Positions 31,856 through 40,880 are shown, counted from the stretch's first letter. The stretch is DNA of 64,000 nucleotides from a virus (IMGVR_UViG_2630968317_000001:1-64000); one strand, 5' to 3'. Program-made: numbers and translations. Notes: generated by a model not told the origin, from the sequence alone.

Positions 31856-32617
31856 ATGACGAATGACTCACGATGCCTACTCGCAAGCAAATGCGCCCAA
31901 GCCGGCGGCGTTAATTGTACGAAACACTGCGAACTATACCTCGGCTTGCACGGCTTAGACGGCGCTGGAGGACGGTCGGGGGCGGCTGGATTGGCGGAGG
32001 ACTACCGCCTAGTGACGCTTAAAAACTCGCCTGCTCGCGCTGATCAGCCCGGAGCTTACAAGGCGGCGGATGCTTATGCGGATACCTTTGACCGCCAATT
32101 TGACGCCGAAGCCGAGCGCATTAAATCGCTATATTTATACAGCGCGAAATCAGGCACAGGCAAGACGACGACGGCTGCGGCTTTGCTTAACGAATATTTG
32201 ACCGCCCATTATATTGGCGCACTAAAACGAGGCATACAACCGCAGCAGAGACCGGCTTATTTTCTCGATGTTAATGCGTGGCAAAACGAATACAACGAGT
32301 TTAATAGACCGCGAGTTCCGGACGCAATCGCAGAGCCGGCAGCCAAACGATATTATGCCGCGCTAGAAGCAGCAAAACGGGCGCCATTCGCAGTGCTGGA
32401 CGATATAGGCGTACGAGAAGCAACGGACGGATTTCGCGGCGATTTACACACGATAATCAACTACCGCGTGACGAATCGTATGCCGACCGTTTATACGTCG
32501 AATATAAAAATGGCGGATCTGCCGGAAGTGTTCGGAGAAGCGCGACTAGCAGACCGTATCGCTGACCAGTGCAAAGAAATCGTCTTCGCGGGCGGATCAA
32601 AAAGGAGGCGGCTGTAA
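31856..32617 (+). CDS. DnaC/IstB-like helicase loader ATPase
   Basis: SGTGKTT, VLDDIG, IINYR..PTVYTSN. Confidence 0.88.
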   Translation: MTNDSRCLLASKCAQAGGVNCTKHCELYLGLHGLDGAGGRSGAAGLAEDYRLVTLKNSPARADQPGAYKAADAYADTFDRQFDAEAERIKSLYLYSAKSGTGKTTTAAALLNEYLTAHYIGALKRGIQPQQRPAYFLDVNAWQNEYNEFNRPRVPDAIAEPAAKRYYAALEAAKRAPFAVLDDIGVREATDGFRGDLHTIINYRVTNRMPTVYTSNIKMADLPEVFGEARLADRIADQCKEIVFAGGSKRRRL

Positions 32618-33268
32618 ATGAGCGGATTATCATTAACGGAAATTCAATACTTACGTGACCTACTCGTTGCGGATTCGTTGGCTAACGGAGAGGGCGCATC
32701 CAAACTCGCTATTTTCGATAAACTAGATGCGCTTGAATTTGCGGACCATACGCCGGCCTATAAAACTGGCGACCTAGTTTCGGTCGAAGGCTATAAAGGA
32801 CGCGTCTTCTACGTTGATTGCGCCCGATACATCGAGGAAACGTCGAAAGAGGCCGTCTTTAACTTTATTGAATACGACCTGTATGACGCGATCAATGGCG
32901 AATGGCTCGAAGCGTTCGAGGCGGACATGGCGTTAGTGGCAAGCGCGCTTGTTGCGGAGGATTACTTGGCGGACTTCAACCTAGAAGACTATCCGCCAGC
33001 AAGAAGTACCGTTTATCTAATAAACTACGAAACGGAGGCGGCTAATATGGCGGCAAAAGAACAGCCGAAGACACCGAGACAGCTCAGCGCGATTGAAGCG
33101 GAAAAGCGTAAGCAGGAACGTAAAGAGGCGGCGGCACAAACCGATAACCTACTCGACATTTACAACTGGAATAAGGCGCAGTATGAAAAGACGGGTGAGG
33201 TAACGTTTAAGGCTAAGATGGACGACACTATGGCGCAATTGGCTGGCGAGGGAGCTGAACGCCGATGA
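32618..33268 (+). CDS. Hypothetical protein (SH3-like plus IDEAL-like tail)
   Basis: YKTGDLVSVEG; DNLLDIYN. Confidence 0.55.
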   Translation: MSGLSLTEIQYLRDLLVADSLANGEGASKLAIFDKLDALEFADHTPAYKTGDLVSVEGYKGRVFYVDCARYIEETSKEAVFNFIEYDLYDAINGEWLEAFEADMALVASALVAEDYLADFNLEDYPPARSTVYLINYETEAANMAAKEQPKTPRQLSAIEAEKRKQERKEAAAQTDNLLDIYNWNKAQYEKTGEVTFKAKMDDTMAQLAGEGAERR

Positions 33269-34656
33269 GTTTCGGAGCTTCTCTACTATCGAAAGTAATC
33301 GAAGCGAACGACCCGTCGGCTTTATTGCGGTACGGCATAACGCGTAAGGATTTTCAAACGGATGGCGAGCGGGCAGCATTCGAATATATCAGCACCTACG
33401 CGGAAAAGAACGGCAACCAAGCACCTACTGCCGAGATGGTAGCGACCGAGGTACCGACATTCCAGCCGGAATTCAGCATCGACGCAACGTTCGAGTACCT
33501 GGCGCAGAAGGCGAAAGAAACGGCTGCGTTAAACGACTTTACCGAAATATTCAACGATAAGTACGGCGCCAACGGAGTCAAAAAAGCCGATTCGGAATTT
33601 ATTCAGCGATTCAACCGAGCACAGGACGGAGGTAATCCACAGGAATTTTTTGATTGGTTGACCGAAGTCGCGGAACGGAGTAAAATAAGAACAAGCGTTC
33701 GTAAATCGGTGGGAACAAACGTCGTGACAGACGTCGATAAGTTCCGAGCCGAATACGAAAAACGCAAGGCTGGCGAGTCTTTCCGCATTTGGAACAGTAA
33801 GTTTCCGGCTCTTAACAAAGCGATCGGGGGCTACGTCAGCTCGAACATGTACGTAGTTTACGGAAAGCCCGGGCGCGGCAAGTCGGCGATCACGCTTGAA
33901 GAATCGATTAATTGCGCAGTTCAAGGCGCTAACGTACTTATCTGGTCGATGGAGATGGGCTGGTTCGAGGTACTCGTTCGAATCTACGTTTCACTTTCCG
34001 GCGATCAAGGCGTTGCTTTAACCGAAATCGATGGCCAGCAAATGGAAGCCGGCTTTGATTCGAGGGACGTCCGCCAAGGCAAGTTATCGGAAGAGTTCGA
34101 GGCTGGCTTTATGGAATTCATCGCGACGTTAAATACGATAATTGACGGAGATATTACGGTTCGAGCCGTAGATGACAAAGACTTCGATTCTCGTTCGCTG
34201 CGTGATCTCAAAGCGGATATTGAGCAAACAAAAGCCGACGTTGTTATGATCGATCCATTCTACTACCTCGACTACGAATCAAACTCGAATAAAACGACAG
34301 GCGGTGCGGCTGCTGATACGTCTAAAAAGATGCGTCGTTTAGCCGGAACAATGGACGTTGTCATTTTCGCAATTACACAAGCCGGAGAAGATGACGCGAC
34401 TGAAGACGAAGCCGGTAATCGCGAGATCAAGTTGCCGAAGCGAAAAGACGTCATGAAAACGTCTGCCCTACTTCAAGACGCTGCTGTATTAATTCCGGTT
34501 GATACGAACGCACGGGAAGGTCGCGGATTGATTGGCGTCAATAAGGGGCGCGATGGTGGCGAAGATGAAGTCGTTGAGATCGTTTATCTACCACAAGTCG
34601 GCCTAATTAAGCAAGTGGCGGCGGGAGAAACGGATTTAGAGGTATTCGGGTTCTAA
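33265..34656 (+). CDS. DnaB-like replicative helicase
   Basis: GKPGRGKS, WSMEM, MIDP, AITQ, KGRDG. Confidence 0.92.
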   Translation: MSFGASLLSKVIEANDPSALLRYGITRKDFQTDGERAAFEYISTYAEKNGNQAPTAEMVATEVPTFQPEFSIDATFEYLAQKAKETAALNDFTEIFNDKYGANGVKKADSEFIQRFNRAQDGGNPQEFFDWLTEVAERSKIRTSVRKSVGTNVVTDVDKFRAEYEKRKAGESFRIWNSKFPALNKAIGGYVSSNMYVVYGKPGRGKSAITLEESINCAVQGANVLIWSMEMGWFEVLVRIYVSLSGDQGVALTEIDGQQMEAGFDSRDVRQGKLSEEFEAGFMEFIATLNTIIDGDITVRAVDDKDFDSRSLRDLKADIEQTKADVVMIDPFYYLDYESNSNKTTGGAAADTSKKMRRLAGTMDVVIFAITQAGEDDATEDEAGNREIKLPKRKDVMKTSALLQDAAVLIPVDTNAREGRGLIGVNKGRDGGEDEVVEIVYLPQVGLIKQVAAGETDLEVFGF

Positions 34657-34768
34657 ATACTGGAATCCTTACCATGAATTACACCGAACAATTCTGAATA
34701 TTTTCGACAAATTACGACTACAATGTCGATGAGAATAGTGTAATATAACGAAAGGGGCTCGTATATAC

Positions 34769-35770
34769 ATGTCGATTCTTACGATTAATGGCGTCCTGAC
34801 AGACGTCGACATACGCGAAGAATTAGAGCGATTCGAATGGGATCGACCTACGTGGCACGCGGACCGTTTAACGGCGGCAAGCCCTTTTCGCGACGATCGG
34901 ACTCCTAGTTTTTACGTTTACTACGAAGACACTCCGACCGCAAAAGCCGGCTATTTCGGAGATAGCGGCACAGGAGAGCGCGGCGGCTTAATTAAACTGC
35001 TTGCGTTTCTGCGTGAAGAAACCGAGGAAGAGACGGCTTATTATCTCGCTGAGACTTATGGTACCGGCGAAGGAGAAGGACGTCTAAAACTCCGTGTTCC
35101 TCGTTTAAAAATCGTTGAGCCTAGACGTCCATTAGCCGAGACTTTACTGGACGGCATCAAGATCGGTCCGAACGCTTACTTAGCCAATCGCGGCATAAGC
35201 GAAGAAGTCCAGCGCAAAGCAGGCGTAGGCACGGTCGGACAAACGGTGGTGATTCCGTGGCGGCTGCCTAATAAGCGCCTGGCAAACGTGAAGTACCGAT
35301 CGACACACAATAAAGCGTTTTGGTACGCAAAAGGCGGATGGCCGATACGTGAATTAATCTACGGCATAGACACCGTTTATGCTAATCACGCCAAAGTAGC
35401 GGTTCTAGCCGAAGCTGAAATCGATGCGCAGTCGTGGCGTACGGCAGGCTTTTGCGGCATTGCGACAGGCGGCAGTAAATTTTCCGACCGAAAGGCGGAC
35501 ATAATTGCGCAGTCACCAATCGAATATTTAATAGTAGTATCTGACAACGACGAAGCCGGTGAGAAATTGCGGAAGGAGGTCGAGCTAAAGATGCGCGGCA
35601 AAGTCAGGCTTGCGCACGGTTATATAACGAAAGGGTACAAAGACGCAAATGAATTATTGATAGCGGAAGGTGAGGACGCTCTTAAGCGAGTTGTTGATCG
35701 TGCGGAGGCGGTAAGTATTAACATAAGGTTCGGGAATATCCGAACTTTTGGTCGGCGGAGGTTATCTTAA
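34769..35770 (+). CDS. DNA primase (TOPRIM)
   Basis: SPFRDDRTPSF, EAEIDA, SDNDEAG, KDANE. Confidence 0.9.
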   Translation: MSILTINGVLTDVDIREELERFEWDRPTWHADRLTAASPFRDDRTPSFYVYYEDTPTAKAGYFGDSGTGERGGLIKLLAFLREETEEETAYYLAETYGTGEGEGRLKLRVPRLKIVEPRRPLAETLLDGIKIGPNAYLANRGISEEVQRKAGVGTVGQTVVIPWRLPNKRLANVKYRSTHNKAFWYAKGGWPIRELIYGIDTVYANHAKVAVLAEAEIDAQSWRTAGFCGIATGGSKFSDRKADIIAQSPIEYLIVVSDNDEAGEKLRKEVELKMRGKVRLAHGYITKGYKDANELLIAEGEDALKRVVDRAEAVSINIRFGNIRTFGRRRLS

Positions 35771-36000
35771 CCCTCCGTGTTGCTACCGGATAAAGGACGC
35801 CAATTATATAAGGCTTCGACCGGGCAGTCGAGGCAGCGCGCTAAGGAATACGCCATTTCAACGTTAGGGATGTTCCTCAGCGAGATATAATCGGAAAGCT
35901 GCGTTTTTGAGATTCCGACCATTTCTGCGAGTTGAATAAGAGTATAACCACGTTTATAACACAGCTCCTTTATCCGGCAAGATACGACCGAATACTGCGA
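35767..36000 (-). CDS. YopS-like HTH regulator; expected start codon reads TCG
   Basis: CRIKELC..KTQLSDY..LDCPVEALY; RBS GGAGGTG and TGgTATAAT upstream. Confidence 0.7.
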   Translation of the reverse strand, partial: SQYSVVSCRIKELCYKRGYTLIQLAEMVGISKTQLSDYISLRNIPNVEMAYSLARCLDCPVEALYNWRPLSGSNTEG

Positions 36001-36077
36001 GATAAACACCTCCGCAAAGCAAAATGACGCGAGCTTTACGAAGGAAATTATACCACATAACCGCGCCGATTCCATCG

Positions 36078-36284
36078 TCATTCGGGCGGATTTGGTAGAA
36101 TGCGGACAACCTTTTCGATGGGTACGTCCAATTCGAGGCAGACGGCTTCTATAGTTGATAAGCTTACGGGCTTGTCCTCGTTAATCTTTGTTACTAGGTT
36201 CCTATGGATGACTTTATCCCTTAGAATTCCAGTTGTTAATCCTCTTTCAGCCAGGTAAGTTCTAAGTGGTTCATAACTAATCAT
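36078..36284 (-). CDS. Cro/C1 HTH_26 regulator divergent from aimR
   Basis: MISYEPLR..KINEDKPVSLSTIEAVCLELDVPIEKVV. Confidence 0.85.
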   Translation of the reverse strand: MISYEPLRTYLAERGLTTGILRDKVIHRNLVTKINEDKPVSLSTIEAVCLELDVPIEKVVRILPNPPE

Positions 36285-36315
36285 AAAAAAAAATCTCCTT
36301 TTTCCTTAAATTCCC

Positions 36316-36331
36316 GCACACAAAAGTGTGC
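36316..36331. promoter_or_regulatory. Palindromic operator GCACAC-AAAA-GTGTGC in the divergent promoter region
   Basis: Perfect 6-4-6 palindrome just upstream of the aimR extended -10 (TGtTATATT). Confidence 0.6.
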
Positions 36332-36377
36332 ATTTATGTTATATTATAAACAGAGAGAAGGCGCAAGTCTATAAGGG

Positions 36378-37553
36378 GTGTGTATTATGCAGTCAATTAA
36401 AGATGATTTTATCAACCTCAGAGAAAAATACGACTTAAGTATAACATGTATTTCCACAAAAACAGGAATTAACCAGGATGTTCTATATGAGTTTACTGAT
36501 AGTGGGTCTATCGGATTTAAACACCTGGTAACACTTTCGAAGTTCTTCTACAAAGAGAAGTATCACGAAATAATGCGTGAATGGTGTATGAAAATAGATT
36601 CTCCCGAGTGGCTGAAACAGGCTTTTGAGTATGCTGCGTTAAAAAGGGATTCAGATTTACTTGGGATGCTTCTTGAAAAAAGTAAAGAAGAACATGGTAT
36701 TAAACAATTTTTAGATATGTACGGATTAATTTTAGATTTCATGGTTGACCGAATTGATTTTAGAGAATTATCTGATAGAATGAGTAGTCTTAAAGTATCG
36801 AGTTCTAAAGATTTAAAAATCTTAAAGGACATATACTCATGCGTTTTTATGTATTATGATGACGAATTTATAGGAATCACAAAAAATGCCAGCTTAATCT
36901 ATAAAGAGATTGTTAAGTTGGGAAAACGAAGAGCATTTATAAAGGAAGCTTTTTCCTATCGTTTATCCGAAATTTTAGCACCGGCTTACCTACATCTTAA
37001 TGAACCTAAATTATGTATGTTTCACGCGAATGTGTTAGTTAGTACCGGACTCAATAATAAACATATATCAGACGGGAACTATTACATAGGGATGTGTAAA
37101 CTCCATGAGGATAAAACCTCGTGTCTGACTCATATGGAGAAAAGTCTTCATTTCGCGAAAGAAACGAAAGAACCATTATTAATAAGAGAAGCTACTAACA
37201 ATTTAAATATGGTTAAATCACTCTTTTCTTTTATAGAGGGTGGAAGTGCTCCTGTTTTCGCAGGTGAAAAAGAAAAGTTTCTTTTAGGAGGTGATGCAGA
37301 CTTTGTAGTATACTTCAACTACGTACGTAATAGAGAGATCAGTAATGTGTATGCTGCGTATAAACATTTCTTTGAAGAGATGAACTTTTTCTTCGCTTCT
37401 ATAGCAGCTGAAACACTACGTATGTTTGGGGTAGATGATATTCAGATTGATGTTCTTAAGTCATTCAAATTAAAATCAAAGGGAGATGTTGTTTATGAAA
37501 AAGATTTTATTGATGGGTTTTGTTTTAGGGGCACTAGTTGTATCGCTTCTTAA
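36378..37553 (+). CDS. aimR: AimR-family arbitrium peptide receptor (HTH + TPR)
   Basis: About 390 aa; N-terminal HTH, KQAFEYA, YRLSEILAPAYLHLN, FFFASIA; followed by a pre-peptide gene. Confidence 0.88.
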   Translation: MCIMQSIKDDFINLREKYDLSITCISTKTGINQDVLYEFTDSGSIGFKHLVTLSKFFYKEKYHEIMREWCMKIDSPEWLKQAFEYAALKRDSDLLGMLLEKSKEEHGIKQFLDMYGLILDFMVDRIDFRELSDRMSSLKVSSSKDLKILKDIYSCVFMYYDDEFIGITKNASLIYKEIVKLGKRRAFIKEAFSYRLSEILAPAYLHLNEPKLCMFHANVLVSTGLNNKHISDGNYYIGMCKLHEDKTSCLTHMEKSLHFAKETKEPLLIREATNNLNMVKSLFSFIEGGSAPVFAGEKEKFLLGGDADFVVYFNYVRNREISNVYAAYKHFFEEMNFFFASIAAETLRMFGVDDIQIDVLKSFKLKSKGDVVYEKDFIDGFCFRGTSCIAS

Positions 37554-37629
37554 CACTGAGGGGATGAAAATAGATAGCGCGAGCAGTGATAATGTAGTAC
37601 ATGTTAGCGAAATTAAAGTAGGCGGATAA
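37495..37629 (+). CDS. aimP: Arbitrium pre-pro-peptide, 44 aa: MKKILLMGFVLGALVVSLLNTEGMKIDSASSDNVVHVSEIKVGG
   Basis: RBS AAGGGAG, signal peptide, C-terminal EIKVGG; overlaps the aimR end; not in ORF track. Confidence 0.88.
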   Translation: MKKILLMGFVLGALVVSLLNTEGMKIDSASSDNVVHVSEIKVGG

Positions 37630-37634
37630 AAGAT

Positions 37635-37670
37635 CGGGCCAATCGGCCTTTTTCTTTTGTCTTTTTTTTA
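37635..37670 (+). terminator. Short terminator after aimP
   Basis: GGGCC-AATC-GGCCT followed by long T tracts. Confidence 0.6.
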
Positions 37671-37781
37671 ATATTTTTCGGAAAAGTCTAAAAAACTAAG
37701 ATTATCCAAAAACCACAAACTCCTCCTACCAAGATGCTAATATATGGTCATGGAAGAAAAATTATAAAAAACTTTAAATCA

Positions 37782-37816
37782 AATGTCCCGATTCATACGG
37801 ACCACATGCGACTGTA
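37782..37816 (+). promoter_or_regulatory. Phage motif copy 2
   Basis: AATGTCCCGATT-CATACGGAC-CACATGCGACTGTA ahead of the sigma-like gene. Confidence 0.8.
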
Positions 37817-37845
37817 TAAGTGTAAGGGACGGGAGGAGAAAGAAC

Positions 37846-38376
37846 TTGGATAAACAAAAATTTAATAGACTACAATTGGCCGCAGATTACGGAGCGATTC
37901 CGTATGTACAAAGAGAATCGCAACGAATCGCACACTTAGTTCCCGACGAAACATCGTTTGAGCAGCGGACCTTACTTTCGATAGGCTACTGGCTAGAACG
38001 ATACGAAGGCAATGGTCGCGATAAGAAAGCGCTGATCCAGCGCATTATCGTAAGGGAACGAAACAAGTACCTGAAGGCATCACGAAAAGAAGCGGCTTTA
38101 TCTATAGAAGGAATGCGAGACGACGGTAATGTCTCGTGGGAACCTCACGACAGTTTGGCGACTATCGATGACGGTTTGATGGCAAAAGAAAAGATCGCTC
38201 TGTTGGCGCAGAACGATCCAAGAAAAACAATGATCTTACAGTTTTGGAGCGAAGGATGTACGAATATGGACGAAATCTCCAAGTTGTTGGCGCAACATTT
38301 AGGAGGAAATTTCGAAGCACATCGCAAGTTCATCCGCCGTTTCCGTTTACACTGCCAGCGCGAACTAACAGCATAA
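37846..38376 (+). CDS. Divergent sigma70/ECF-like phage transcription factor
   Basis: TTG after GGAGGAG; two helical domains joined by a LSIEG linker; region-4-like DPRKTMILQFWSEG..EISKLLA..FIRRFR. Confidence 0.65.
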   Translation: MDKQKFNRLQLAADYGAIPYVQRESQRIAHLVPDETSFEQRTLLSIGYWLERYEGNGRDKKALIQRIIVRERNKYLKASRKEAALSIEGMRDDGNVSWEPHDSLATIDDGLMAKEKIALLAQNDPRKTMILQFWSEGCTNMDEISKLLAQHLGGNFEAHRKFIRRFRLHCQRELTA

Positions 38377-38415
38377 TCACGTATCTAGGCACGAGGGCTT
38401 CGCTACGCATTTTTA

Positions 38416-38444
38416 ATGATAATCGATTGAGAATCGAATTTCAA
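38416..38444 (-). promoter_or_regulatory. Antisense sigmaA promoter TTGAAA-17-TATCAT
   Basis: Read directly on the minus strand; no ORF downstream of it. Confidence 0.55.
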
Positions 38445-38511
38445 GCGAACACCATGCGAACAACCCTCCGTCTAGTACGTTTTACCTAAAATTCAAGGAG
38501 GCTAACGTACT

Positions 38512-38655
38512 ATGAAACAACCTACAAACGATTTCCCACCCGTAGTAAACATCCAAAAATTAACGGAATTACAATACGAAGGCGCACTAAATCACGAAGA
38601 TGATCCGGCTGACTTTTATCGTCCTGCAACTATTAAGGCGGTGCGCGTCGGATGA
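38512..38655 (+). CDS. 47-aa leader protein MKQPTNDFPPVVNIQK.. (not in ORF track)
   Basis: AAGGAGG RBS; ATGA coupling to the next gene. Confidence 0.65.
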   Translation: MKQPTNDFPPVVNIQKLTELQYEGALNHEDDPADFYRPATIKAVRVG

Positions 38656-39155
38656 ACTTTCAATTCGGACCGCACGCACGAAAAGCGCTTAAGGATCGTT
38701 TCGGAATCACGAACTATTACGCGTCTTATAAATGGCTGGCCGAACGCCTGTCTTCTTCGGTCGATCTTGGCGTCAGCGTAGATAAGAACGGCAAAGAAGC
38801 CCGCATGTATGGCGCAGGAGATGCGATTATATTATGCGATATTAACGAAGATTTTGTAATCACTGTACTGAAGCCGCGCCGGTTTAATCCGGTATTCGTA
38901 CGAAAGGTTTACCAAGCGGAAAAACAGTCCGTCGAAGAACGTATTCAATATAACGATCGGCTCTCGTCTGAGTTGCCGGATGAATTGTCGCATTGGCAAC
39001 GCGAGCTAAAACGCACACGCTCAGCCGCGAAGAAAAGGGCGATTCAAGCACGTATTAACGCGATTCAGGCACGCCTAGACGAACTACCGAACGAAACTTT
39101 CGAAGCTCGTCGTGATTTAACACGAGTAGCACAGGCGGTGGCTGCGTATGTTTGA
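38652..39155 (+). CDS. Hypothetical protein (RelE-like N-terminal pattern, coiled-coil C-terminus)
   Basis: HARKALKDRFGI..VITVL. Confidence 0.55.
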   Translation: MNFQFGPHARKALKDRFGITNYYASYKWLAERLSSSVDLGVSVDKNGKEARMYGAGDAIILCDINEDFVITVLKPRRFNPVFVRKVYQAEKQSVEERIQYNDRLSSELPDELSHWQRELKRTRSAAKKRAIQARINAIQARLDELPNETFEARRDLTRVAQAVAAYV

Positions 39156-39264
39156 CGACTTCCTAATGTAATTCGCATTCGTCGGCAGCATCGCGACCGT
39201 CATTATCGGCGGCATGTACTGGTCGCTTCTACGCGAAGAGAGACGGAATAAAGGCGGCGAATGA
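39148..39264 (+). pseudogene. Small TM protein interrupted by TAA at 39169
   Basis: MFDDFLM*FAFVGSIATVIIGGMYWSLLREERRNKGGE. Confidence 0.5.
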
Positions 39265-39404
39265 CCGCCGACGCTCGGAGAATACCGGGGCGTTCGTTAA
39301 GTAAAACTGTCGCGTCGCTATGCTGTGCGCTGGCGGCGTCTCGGGCGCAGATACCGGTGTTTTGCGAGGGTCAAACCCTAAAACAAATTAACGGAGGTAA
39401 TCGG

Positions 39405-40178
39405 ATGACAAAGTACACAAGCGGAGCTGACGCTCTAAACGCATTGAACGCAACAAATGAAGGAGGCGGCGGGGGTAATAGCGCCGAGTTTGCGAGCTTC
39501 AAGACGGGCACGGTTTATAAGGTACGCGTTATGAGTGCTTTCGATCTAATTCGCTTCTTTTCATACGGAATCTACAAGAAAGTAAATTCGTTCTCGGCGG
39601 CTAATCCGAGCACGCTAAACAAAAACGGCTTTCCTGAGTCGAATCTAACGTCATGGGATCGCGCGTGGAAGTACTACCAAGACCAAAAGAAAGCGGCTGC
39701 TGATCGAGGCGATGCCAAAGCGGAGGAGGCGGCTAAACAAGAAGCGGCTAAGTATCGCGTCAAAGAACGATATGCGCTCGGATTTATTAACCTTGAAACG
39801 GGCCAGCCGATCATCGTCGATCTTTCTAAAACGCAGGCCACGACGGTTCACGCGGTTATTAAAAAGCAGGAAAAGAAACTCGGCCGCATCGCGTTTGAAT
39901 TGGAGAAGTCTGGTTCAGGTACGAACACAGTAGTTTCATTAACGCCTCTTATCGATATGGAAGAAGACTTGACGGAAGCGGAACGTAAGCATTTTGCGGA
40001 TCAAGACGGTAAAGAATTCGATATGTCTTTATTTGACGGCTTAATTTACGAAGCTGATGAAAAGGAAATGATCGAAAACCTTGTCGCGGCCGGCTTTAAC
40101 TTAGCGCTGATCGGAGAATCGCTTGACGGTGGCGCAGAAGACGTGGAACTACCAGCCGGAGAAAACTTCGAATTTTAA
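39405..40178 (+). CDS. gp32-like single-stranded DNA-binding protein
   Basis: GGAGG RBS; acidic tail ending ENFEF; replication context. Confidence 0.7.
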   Translation: MTKYTSGADALNALNATNEGGGGGNSAEFASFKTGTVYKVRVMSAFDLIRFFSYGIYKKVNSFSAANPSTLNKNGFPESNLTSWDRAWKYYQDQKKAAADRGDAKAEEAAKQEAAKYRVKERYALGFINLETGQPIIVDLSKTQATTVHAVIKKQEKKLGRIAFELEKSGSGTNTVVSLTPLIDMEEDLTEAERKHFADQDGKEFDMSLFDGLIYEADEKEMIENLVAAGFNLALIGESLDGGAEDVELPAGENFEF

Positions 40179-40191
40179 GGAGGGCGCATAG

Positions 40192-40443
40192 ATGCGAGAA
40201 ATTAAAACGGAAGCGCAGACGTTAGATTTATCGAAAAAGGTGACCGTAGAAGTTTCGCTGGCGGAGTTGATTGTACTATCTGCCACCCTCGCCGAGATCG
40301 ATAGTGGCGTAGTTTACCATAACCTCGAATGGAATTATAGCGAGTCAACGATAGACGGTATTGATCGAATTGGAGTTTGTACGTCATCTATTGCGGATAA
40401 TATCGGCACTATTATTTCAGAACACATCCCGAAGGAGGACTGA
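40192..40443 (+). CDS. Hypothetical protein
   Basis: RBS AAGGAGG. Confidence 0.6.
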   Translation: MREIKTEAQTLDLSKKVTVEVSLAELIVLSATLAEIDSGVVYHNLEWNYSESTIDGIDRIGVCTSSIADNIGTIISEHIPKED

Positions 40444-40445
40444 GT

Positions 40446-40880
40446 ATGGCGCACAAAGAAGAAACGATCGGCAAATTCGCCGAACTGATCGCACGCGCTG
40501 CCTTAATGGCGGCCGGCTGGTCAGGCGTTAGTAAGCCGGAAACCGAAGAACCGTATGATATTCTCGCGGCCGAGCCGATCACGGGCGCAATCAAACGCAT
40601 TCAGGTCAAGACGATTCGTGACCGTCGGGATAGCCGCGGTTGTTTAACCGTCAGCGGACGGAAGAACACCGGTCAGGCTTATACGAAATCTGATACGGAC
40701 TATTTTATCGGAGTGCTGATCGAAGACAACGAGACTAAGGCGTATATGTTCGAATGTCGCAACATTACGGACTATTGGATGCCGCGTAAGAACGAAGGCG
40801 TCCGAGCATGGCACGAACTCAAACTTAACTTAGACCGCGCATACTTGGCTGCATTAGAAAACGAAGCGGAGGCGGTATAA
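40446..40880 (+). CDS. PD-(D/E)XK endonuclease
   Basis: GKFAEL..YDILA..RIQVKT..YTKSDTDYF. Confidence 0.78.
   Translation: MAHKEETIGKFAELIARAALMAAGWSGVSKPETEEPYDILAAEPITGAIKRIQVKTIRDRRDSRGCLTVSGRKNTGQAYTKSDTDYFIGVLIEDNETKAYMFECRNITDYWMPRKNEGVRAWHELKLNLDRAYLAALENEAEAV

Noticed and set aside
37672-37687. CodY-like box downstream of aimP
   Set aside because: Three mismatches in an AT-rich tract; cannot be distinguished from chance.
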